Shown here: in pieces, positions 27,001-35,735 of the stretch
Layout: each line of letters begins with the position of its first letter
Position numbering within the stretch: the first letter of the stretch is position 1
Assembly (NCBI GenBank): GCA_051362555.1
Contig: CM120641.1
Location: forward strand, 48,490,401-48,554,400
Origin: Lingula anatina
Lineage: Eukaryota; Animalia; Brachiopoda
Reading direction: 5' to 3'
Length of the DNA stretch: 64,000 nucleotides
The notes under the pieces: model-generated
The model's input: the letters and a program-made list of their open reading frames with translations, nothing else
Told to the model about the DNA's origin: nothing
Database searches by the model: none
Made by a program: the position numbers and the translations under genes

Positions 27001-29661
27001 CAGTCCCGGGTATGTGAGGCGAAGGGGAAGTGAGATCAGCGACAGTTCTACCAGTGATGCAGCACCAGTATTAGGGGTCAAAGGTCACCACTCATACAGC
27101 ACAGGGAACCTTCAGTCTCTCCACCAGGCTTCACTCAGGTCAGTGTGGGCAGAATTGGAACTGCCAGTAGCTGAGGCTATTTGGAACTGTCAGTAATAAA
27201 CTGTCATTAATAAAGTCATGAACTTGAATTAATAATGAAACTTCCTAGATTGGAAGTTATAAGCTCAGAGAGTACCTTCTCAAAAAGGAAAAATAATAAG
27301 AGTTACTTAGTCCAATAAATAACAAATTACAATGGTTCTATATATCTATTTATAACAGGAGTGGATCCCAAAGAAATTTTCTGACAGTCTTCCAAGTTAT
27401 CTTTATTGTTCCATCATTTATTTTGACCATCTTCTGGGATGGGGGGGGGGATTAGATGCCCATCAATGTAAACTTGAAAAATTTTGACCATCTTCTGGAA
27501 GACCCAGAAGACAGCTCCCGTTCACCCCTGCAGAAAGTCGTGAACTTTTTTTAATGAAATTGCTTTATCTTTATAATGTAAAAAGCATAAATGAACTCCA
27601 AAACAAATGTTTAAAAAAATATACATTATAAGACAGCCTTTGGGGATATGATAATTTGACAGCAGACTGCTGCTTGTTAAGATCATATCTTTTTGAGAAA
27701 GTACAGTTTTTCAACTTGATTGTTCTAGATGGAAATTATCAACAGAGAAAGTGAACACGTTGTTAAGGTTGGAGGCAGGGTAAGGTTGGAGAGCACTCCT
27801 TCACACCCACAGCTTTGGTAACACACACTTTAACTGTCACCCTCAGGTTAATATCCATACTAAACTGAGGGCCATCCTCTCACAGGTGTTCTAATTGTTC
27901 CTAACAGGGACATTACTGCACATCTGATGACACTTTCCAGTTTAAACTATGGACCTGATATTATAATACCTCCTTTGCCACTAGTGGGTTATCTTTTGTT
28001 GGCCCAGCTCCACAGCTTTTGGCACCTAACACAGACATTTTTTTTCAACTTATGTGGCCTTCACACCCTTTGTTGCAAGGCCACTGAGGCATTTTTTTCA
28101 AACTTTTTCCATATAACCCCAAACCATGTCAATTATCAACTGTTATTATGATTGAAAAACTCTTTTGTCACAAACTTATAAAATACTAATCATTTCTGTG
28201 AAATATTTTGACCTGATATCGGACATCTTCATCAGTCTCAGAGTGACACTGGTGACATGGTGTCACTTAACAAGAGTCCTTGGAGCTGCCACCCCCCACC
28301 CCCCTTCAGTGCCGCAGCTGCAGTGCTAAGTTTATGACAAAAGAGCTGTTGCCCTCTCTCATCTACCAAACTGATGAAAGTATCTAAACAAAAATTATGA
28401 TTATTGTTTTGATACAACATACTCCTCACGCGCTGTATTTTCTGGTATCACAATGGTGCCCGCTGCAGACACCTGTGTGTTTCTTCACCTCAAGTGTGAC
28501 TGCATTCCCATAAATCCTTCGCACTAGCTGGATCAAACTTACTCTGTGGGGCTTCTCTCTACAGTACTCTCAGTGTAATCAGCATGGTTGTTTGGCATGT
28601 CCCCTAGGGGTAACTAGACAGTTTAGTTAATTGACTATGGTTAATTACCCCCTACCACCTTGAGTAGGCCAGACATGTAAGCCGCTAATACTGAATGCCA
28701 TTTAGCGAGAATCTTTTCAGAGTTAGATGGTTCCAGCTAGTAAGATGGGTTTAGAGGGAACAGTCCTAATGTATACCTTATACATCACAGCAGGCTTTCA
28801 CATCCAATGTCCCAGGGCTGCTTTTTTTTTTCTGAATGTTATGAAAATCTGAATAAAATGATGTTTTAATGGAAATTCCACCTTTCAAAATGTACAGCTA
28901 TTTTGGCACATTTGTGAAGTTACCTCCGCCAAGGAGGTTATGTTTTCACCCCTGTTTTTTTGTGTGTCATCAACATAATTCAAAAAGTTCTGGACCGATG
29001 TTGATGAAATTTTCAGGAACTGTTAGAAGTGGGCCAAGCAACAGATGATAAGATTTTGGTAGTGATCTGGAAAATTAATCAATAATAATCAAAAATTGCT
29101 GCCTTGGCGGAGGTCTGCGCTCTCGGAGTGCTTTTCTGGTTTTATCTGTAGCCAGCTAGGGCTTATCCCTATTTTTGTTCTATTTCAGAGGTGACCTCTC
29201 TAAAAAGAGGAGTAGTGTAGACAGCAAAAGGTATAAGTCTGATTTTGTTGCACTGACACGTTATTAAATTTAACCAACATGGAGTAGCTTGCTATTTTTC
29301 AGTATTTAATATTTTGACTAGAAATAAGTCTGGGGGAATGTAGCATGTGATGTCCATATTTCGGTTAATGTCACTTAGTTTAACTTTCCACTAGGAGCAC
29401 CCTCCACAGAATCCTGCTTACACTGATACCTCATAAAACTGCTTACTTTCCAGAACAACTTCAGGAACAGTGTTACCGAAAAGAATTGAAAAACTGGACC
29501 TGTGCAATTCTCCCAGTGGAGGAGGAGGAGGACAGACTTCTAAAGACACACTTGAGGTGCCATCAGCCCATGGTTCCTCAGAGGAGAGTGAGGAGAACCC
29601 TTGCATGGCGCTGGCGGTACCCAGTAAGATGAATGTGGTGGCACCGTGGGAGACTGCATAG
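16521..29661 (+). CDS. RGS9-like: R7-family regulator of G-protein signalling (RGS9/RGS11/EAT-16-like), 3' part; 10 coding exons; DEP/DHEX 5' exons lie upstream of or were not found in the window
   Basis: Exons 16521-16602, 22258-22347, 22634-22695, 23170-23283, 24367-24570, 26289-26378, 26641-26775, 26956-27138, 29189-29230 and 29454-29661 join in one open frame with matching intron phases. Motifs: DSQEKAFWRVQRPPPG (DHEX end), HDPFLSAVPPSNPWLSDD (GGL), WGFSLEELLKDPTG...EFSQENLHFWLAC...FTFDAAQSHIFLLMKKDSYQRY (RGS box). Confidence 0.93.
18765..19693. repeat. G-rich composite minisatellite
   Basis: gtctgctgtagaaaggtgggacaggg core with variable spacers. Confidence 0.92.
20704..21490 (+). mobile_element. 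HINE-like family 2, truncated copy
   Basis: ttttt + palindrome atgtacagacaca-ga-tgtgtctgtacat + (cgtcgc)n; body is the reverse complement of 47780-49060. Confidence 0.75.
22258..22347 (+). CDS. RGS9-like: RGS exon (PGQTRCLDEAVTRHIKPTLKKKTVETCQRE)
   Basis: ctttcag acceptor, gtgggt donor, phase 0/0. Confidence 0.88.
22634..22695 (+). CDS. RGS9-like: RGS exon, GGL domain start (IAFLQRSQKRPRLKISKAAE)
   Basis: tttttag acceptor, gtatgt donor; Ggamma-like R.K.SKAAE. Confidence 0.9.
23170..23283 (+). CDS. RGS9-like: RGS exon, GGL domain (ILLFSEQYYSHDPFLSAVPPSNPWLSDDTLWWELNTP)
   Basis: ttccag acceptor, gtaagt donor; DPFL...SNPW GGL signature. Confidence 0.93.
23301..23774. mobile_element. Two adjacent Tourist-like MITEs (family A 23301-23556, family B 23560-23774) separated by TAA
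   Basis: Family A matches the 6550 copy; family B is the reverse complement of 51429-51635. Confidence 0.72.
24367..24570 (+). CDS. RGS9-like: RGS exon, RGS box part 1
   Basis: ttgtag acceptor, gtaagc donor; WGFSLEELLKDPTG, EFSQENLHFWLAC. Confidence 0.96.
25000..25817. repeat. 79-bp tandem repeat, about 10 near-identical copies (two are 71 bp)
   Basis: gtcaatatccatgtagctaatgatgtcaaccctaggccagatagggacatgaagctatgttgttactgaaggtcaatgg. Confidence 0.96.
26289..26378 (+). CDS. RGS9-like: RGS exon, RGS box part 2 (AFLAPGAPHEVNVDGKTYELTQKAIENPDR)
   Basis: tttcag acceptor, gtatat donor; FLAPGAP..VNVD RGS motif. Confidence 0.94.
26641..26775 (+). CDS. RGS9-like: RGS exon, RGS box part 3 (FTFDAAQSHIFLLMKKDSYQRYMRSEDYRNLL...), ends at a GC donor
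   Basis: atttag acceptor; only AAG|gcaagt keeps the frame with the next exon. Confidence 0.92.
26956..27138 (+). CDS. RGS9-like: RGS exon, Ser-rich C-terminal tail (FFNFGSTKSKKSPQPSPGYVRRRGSE...)
   Basis: ttgcag acceptor, gtcagt donor; frame continuous. Confidence 0.85.
28496..28766. mobile_element. Degenerate Tourist-like MITE (a similar relic lies at about 1473-1705)
   Basis: gactgcattccca...gggaacagtcctaa; shared taattacccc and aagccgct core. Confidence 0.55.
28920..29141 (+). mobile_element. Short HINE-like element (ttacctccgccaaggaggttatg family)
   Basis: 13-bp subterminal IR acctccgccaagg (28922-28934) / ccttggcggaggt (29102-29114); 3' hairpin gcgctc-tcg-gagtgc; TT flanks. Confidence 0.78.
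29189..29230 (+). CDS. RGS9-like: RGS 42-nt exon (GDLSKKRSSVDSK)
   Basis: tatttcag acceptor, gtataa donor, phase 2/2 symmetric. Confidence 0.7.
29454..29661 (+). CDS. RGS9-like: RGS last coding exon ending ...KMNVVAPWETA*
   Basis: ctttccag acceptor, in phase with the preceding exon; TAG at 29659-29661. Confidence 0.82.
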
Positions 29662-30638
29662 TACTTTAGAATGACTGCAGAGGACTTGAGAATAATTGCA
29701 TAGTAGGACTGGAGAATGACTGCATAAGATTGGAGAAGGACTGCAGAGGACTTTATGATGCAATGAGTCTATAGGGTAAAATAGACATAGGATAAATACA
29801 TAGAAATATATGAGGAAATAGAATTATACAATGTACAATTTCAATAACTGTGTATGACAAGGATGAAAAAGGGTTTGATGATGACTTCACAGGACTGTGT
29901 GTTGACTGTGAAGGACTGTGTGACTGTAAAGGACTGTGACTGTGAAGGAGTATGTTGTGACTACAAATGACAGTGGTTCATTGGACTGTGTACCATCTCA
30001 CTGGTGAAATTTACCATAAAGACAGGCTGCTCATGATAATTTGATACAAAGGGCTTCATGATGGACTTCAAAGAATGATGTTCAAGAGGTGGCTAGAAGT
30101 ACGTAAAGGCTTCCTGGGGCCCAGAAAAGTGAAGACTGACTATAACATGTGGTTATGTGATAAATGCAGGAGTTCTGTACATGATGTAACAGACTGTAGT
30201 GATTATATAGAATTGTATTCATAGAATTATTAGAAAACTGATGTTACATCACGGGATGAGATGTTATGGAGTGAGAAATTGAAACGTGGGAGCCAGTTGC
30301 AGTCTGTTGTTGGAAGATGGCCAGTGTTCTTCCCTTTGTGTGAGATACTGTAACTGTGGCACCATCATAGAAGATACCCTGCATTTTTTTCTTTTGACAT
30401 ACCTTTCATGAAAGCAGTGTGAGCTAAAGATACCAGTGCATCATATGGAGATATGTCACTATTTCATGATAGTCATTACTCATGTGGACAAAGACATTTG
30501 ATGAAAGTGGGTTGCTGTACTCTCTGGAGTTGTCAGCTATAAGTGATACAGTGTGACTCATAGAAACCTTTCCTTTTATCAACAGGATCTTTCCATTTTG
30601 GGTGATGCGCAGTTGTGTGTGGTACAAGTTCTTTACTG

Positions 30639-30968
30639 GAGTTTAATCAAGTCTGCCTAGGACTACTGTCACGGGTGACTATAGAGTTCAGTCAAGTCTG
30701 CCTAGGACTACTGTCACGGTATGACTATAGAGTTCAGTCAAGTCTGCCTAGGACTACTGTCATGGGATGACTATAGAGTTCAGTCAAGTCTGTCTAGGAC
30801 TACTGTCATGGGACAACTATAGAGTTCAGTCAATTCTGCCTGGGACTATGCCATGGGATGACTATAGAGTTCGGTCAAGTCTACCTAGGACTATTGCCAT
30901 GGGATGACTATAAGAGTTCATTCAAGTCTACCTAGGACTACTGTCACAGGATGACTATAAGAGTTCAA
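30639..30968. repeat. ~46-bp tandem repeat in the presumed RGS 3' UTR, about 7 copies
   Basis: gagttcagtcaagtctgcctaggactactgtcatgggatgactata. Confidence 0.92.
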
Positions 30969-31974
30969 GATAACTGCACAGAGCTGGGTATTGACTGCAC
31001 ATTAGGAAATTGACTGTTTACTGGATTTCACTACCTGATTATGGAATGATTTCTTTATTATGTCTTGTTATGCATGTATGTAAAGGAGGAGCAATCCTCT
31101 GCCATAAGTGGTGCCTGTTGAGAGACAGCAACTGTTGGTCTGTTGTTTTGGAATACTAAGTGACTGTGTGTAGACCAGTCTACTGGGCTACCTGTTGTCG
31201 TGGCAACACTCAGTGTGATGGGATACCAGCTGGGATGTGTTGGATGTGTAGTGATTGCGTTAGATGAGATGATGCAGTGCAATGGTCTTGTCCAGTGGAG
31301 GAGATCAGAGCCCGTTGTTAATTGTGGTAGATGAGATGTCCAGCCTTTGAACCCACGGACCTCACTTTACATTGCAGCTCTTCAGCATAATATCTGGTTG
31401 TTCACATCGTAGGCAACATTCTGCCAGTTATGCTTTGTAGTTCACTGAATAATGTGGATTTGAGGAACTTGGTGATTTGAAAGTGTATTGAATTTTGGAA
31501 ATGATCTTTTAATGGCTTGGTTGCACTTAACTTATCCCCAGCATCTCATTTATATGAACATATAAAGATATACTGATGAGAAACATTTCAAAAACTGCTA
31601 GGTAGGAGAAAGTGGGGAAAGGCCTCAGTATAAAAGGGAAGCACAAGGAGTTAATGAAACTGCGTCTCCTAATTCCGTCTCAGTTGTGGTTTCTACTTCA
31701 GTCAGTTCACCACTTTCAGCTACTTTGACAGACTTGGCCCTCTTACTGAACAAGCTTGACTTTATTGGACAAGGTAGTGAAGACGAAATGTGTAACCAAA
31801 CAGATTTTGTATGGAAAATAACAATGGTAAATTTGTAAATAAGACCGTTGATGTCCTTTATTATTATTGGATGTGCATAAGATGGGATTACCTTCATAAT
31901 GTTTTAGAAACTCTAAAATTCAGGGGGAAATGTGTTGTAGGTTGATCCGCCATGTTGTGTTTTATTTCATCTAA

Positions 31975-32253
31975 GACTGGGTTCCCATGCCTAGATCGAT
32001 CCAACAGGATTGGTCTAGCTCCATGGGGATTTACGCTAAATTGCTATCAAGTTAAGCACCTTTAATGTCTGTCATGCCTACCAAATCAGCTAGGGGGTAC
32101 TTTACTTTCATGCACGCTCGGCCTCTATTAGTTAATTACCCCCTAACAGCTTTAGTAGGCGTAACAGCCATTTAAGCTGCTTACGTTGATAGCAATTTAG
32201 TGAGAATCCAAAGTCGATCCAAAGTTAGTAAGATCGTCTCTGGGAATGGTCCC
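31975..32253. mobile_element. PIF/Harbinger (Tourist-like) MITE, family A
   Basis: TAA...TAA TSD; imperfect TIR gactgggttccca / tgggaatggtccc; foldback body. Confidence 0.72.
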
Positions 32254-34857
32254 TAAGGTCAAGTGACATCACAGGGATAGCAGAGTTTGCAGAGAACTAC
32301 TTTGCTTAGATACCATGTTGTTGTCTGCTTCCATAACTTAATCAACATGTGCAATATATATGTAGGATCACTTTACAGCTGCTAACTTCCCACCATTGCA
32401 ATAATGTAAAAATGCTGAACAAAGTTCCAATTTTAGTTTATCACTTGATAATGTCAATCAACTGTGCTACCACATATTGTTGTTCATGTTTAATCTACTG
32501 TAAATAACATTGTCATGTTTTGACCTTGTTGTTGTAGAAGCTTTGTCTTACCTTTTAGACAACTTATCCAATAACGGAAGCATTAAATATGCATTGTTCT
32601 TGAAATTTTAAAGCTGCACAAATTTGTCAAGATTTCTCTAGTTTCCTGTTGCTGGGACATGTACATTATACACTTTTTGTTACATATATATATCTAGCTG
32701 GTATATTCATATAAACATATAAGCCTTATTGTTTCCATGCGGGTCATGGGTGTTTCTGAGGTATAAGCATAATATAATTGACACCATTATTTAGTATTGT
32801 TTTCGAGCTTTGATAAATACACATACATGGACCATAGTCTTTAGGTGGATATATCGATTGTAGTGATTGTTAAGTGAAAGGTTAGATTTGTTACTTCAGT
32901 GATAAGTTTAAAATTTAGTGAAATGTTCTGTGTGTAATTTTAGAGACAACCATGTACCTGCAGCTTGGTAGGTATCCCACCAGGTGTTTTATAGTTTATT
33001 TCATGTTTTGGTGGCAATAAAAGGAGTTCAACATCAAAATCATGCTCTTTATGTTGCTTTAACAGCAGTGTTAGGTACAAAGTTTCATTCTAAAATATTG
33101 TGATTAATTTGAATAATTTTTTTCCATATCCATGTACCTTTATTAAAAATATCTACAGATATCTACAGATAAAATGGCTTATGGGATTTGTTACGAAAAA
33201 ATAACAAAACAATCAATTTTGAAGGCATCATTGCCACTTTCTTAGTTGTCACATTGTACCAGCTGTCTGTGTGCCGAATCTTGGTTTTAGATGAGCTTAT
33301 TGGATCAGCATCTAAAACCTATAACTCACTGGAGCTATGACTTTTCATTAGCAATGTCCTTGTGAAACTTGTGATGTTGACTTCTTTTATTGCTGAAATA
33401 AACTAATTTTTTTTTTTTGAAAATTAAATAAATAAGTTTTTTTTAATTGCTTGTTAATTACATGTGCAAAGATCTTTTTTTCCCAATGACCTCCATCTTG
33501 TACTGCAGGTAAAGAGGAGTGGAATCTCCAGTACATCCACCATTTGTAAATGTAATTGGCAAAGTTGATGGAGAATTGATTCAGCTGTTATTTATGCCCA
33601 CCACCGCTAAAGACTTGCATGTTAAGTCACAGGTCTATTTTTTGGAAAAGCAGCAACCTACTGTACTTTGTTAAGAATTGTTTTGAAGGTATTGGAAGAG
33701 TTTGGCATGTTGGTTGAAAATATTGAGGAGTGGAGGGAGAGAATTCTAGCTGGTACAAACACTAAGTGCAGGAAAACTATGGATCCAGGGTCACTCACAT
33801 CTCTAAATACAAGTAATTTATCTCTACTTTGAACTGATGTAATTGTTCTGAGAGTCTGTGTGATCTGGCATTTATTTATGATTAAGCAAATATGTTTGAA
33901 CACTTTTCCATCTTCTCATTATATAAAACAGCACAATACTGTACACGTAGATAGAGACAATATCAGCCCCACTGCCATAGAACCAATGGTCATGTAAGAA
34001 AGAAGTGATCTGACATTTTAACAAGTGATCTGACATTAACTTAAATAAGATCTGACTGGTATAATACATTTTATTTCTGAACTTTTCTCATACAAATCTA
34101 TATAAATGTAAATATTTAAAATATTGTTACTATGATCATCTCATTAAGTAAAGGGTAAAATATTGATGTACACTTTGGGTTGTTTGTTGAATACCTCATG
34201 CATTTTTGAAAGGGACTGTATGTGGGATTTTTATCCCTTTTTATCTTCCAATTTTCTTTACCTCTTTTATATCCTCATAATTCAATGAAGAGATAATGCA
34301 AGGTTGTTTAGACATACACTTTATACACTGTAGATCTTGGTCAAATAAGGAAAAAGGCATTAAAAAAATTTTTTTTGCAGCTATAAGTGAGTTTAGCAAG
34401 GATACCTTGAAAATTAATGATCATCCCTTAGCAAAATGAAAAGTTTACAAGAAAAATTTTACTGCTGCTAATTTGCAGCCATAATGCAGCAAATTTGCAA
34501 GAACGAATTGCAGTTATTTCACATTTTATTGTGGCAAGGCCCACATACAGTTCCTTCATCTTGACAACAAAACATGGTTCTCTGTGAATTTATATGGAAC
34601 ATTACGGAGATGAAAGCATACTTAGTACTGTAGAACACTACAAACCTGAACTCGGCTGACCTGTACACCATGGATGCTGATTGTACTTTATGATGTGATC
34701 AACATCTGCAAATCTTTAAAATTATATCACCATACTGATAAGATTGTTTCCAGCTTCTTATTTCTTACATTTTGATTATAGTTGTATATGTATACCTATG
34801 ACAAAGAAATGTCTATTTGATGGTGTAATAATGAACAAAACTTGTGTGTATAACATG

Positions 34858-34863
34858 AATAAA
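34858..34863 (+). terminator. Candidate distal polyadenylation signal of the RGS gene (long 3' UTR); another AATAAA near 33016
   Basis: AATAAA followed by GT/T-rich gtggttttcttat. Confidence 0.35.
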
Positions 34864-35601
34864 TTTTATAAAAGTGGTTTTCTTATCATTATCGGATTTA
34901 TCCATTAATACTGACATAAATAGCAGACATTGACTATAATATTATGGAATATTTTAAGACCAGTTATGTTAAAACAAATGGCTGAGCAAGATACCGTTAG
35001 TCCACATGTTAAAAATATAAATTTATATAAAATGCATAACAGTCGATAAGAATGCCATCTGAACATTGATTTCTTTAGGAAGAGTATATCAAATTAAAGA
35101 AATGTAAATGCCTTGAAATTAAGAAAAAGCATCTGAACTGATGAGCTAGGTATTGCAGTTTTACCACCTTATAATATGATCTCTAGCTAATGCAACAAAA
35201 GGACAGTATCCATATGTAGAGCGTATCTTGAGAGTCTTAGGCCCCATTCAGAATGGATGATCTGAGTATGTACTTACTGATCCGCTGACTAAATATGGCC
35301 GACCACAGTTCAAAGCGACCATCAGGAGACCAGCAGGAATCACAATTAGTTGGCAGATCAGTAAGTATGCCGATCATCCATATTAAATGGGGTCTTAGTC
35401 CCCTAGCCTCATTGCACACTGTCACAAATCAGATCTGAAGCTTGGGGAACAAATCTTTGCAGTCCTGTTCATAAGTCAAAGAACAAATATTTGCAGTCCT
35501 GTCATAAACCAAAGAATCTTTGCAGCCCTGTAATAAACCAAAGAACAAATGCTTGCAGTCCTGTCGTAATTAAACCAAAGAACAAATCTTTGTTGTTCTT
35601 T

Positions 35602-35735
35602 TTAATAGCCAAGTGCCGTCTGTTCCTCTTTGACAATCCAGTACAGGTGTTCCTGGGCCTCCGTGACCTTGACTTTCACCAGGTCTGCAAGGTCACTCAA
35701 GGTCGTCACCTTCTCTTGCTCCAGGTCCACATAGA
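35602..35735 (-). CDS. CARD11-like: CARMA last exon (...LSDLADLVKVKVTEAQEHLYWIVKEEQTALGY*)
   Basis: ctttcag acceptor; typical MAGUK terminal helix VK..I.EEQ...IWV; TAA stop. Confidence 0.88.

Noticed and set aside
29650-29661. Class I PDZ-binding motif at the RGS C-terminus that might bind the neighbouring MAGUK
   Set aside because: WETA has E, not S/T, at position -2, so it does not fit the consensus.
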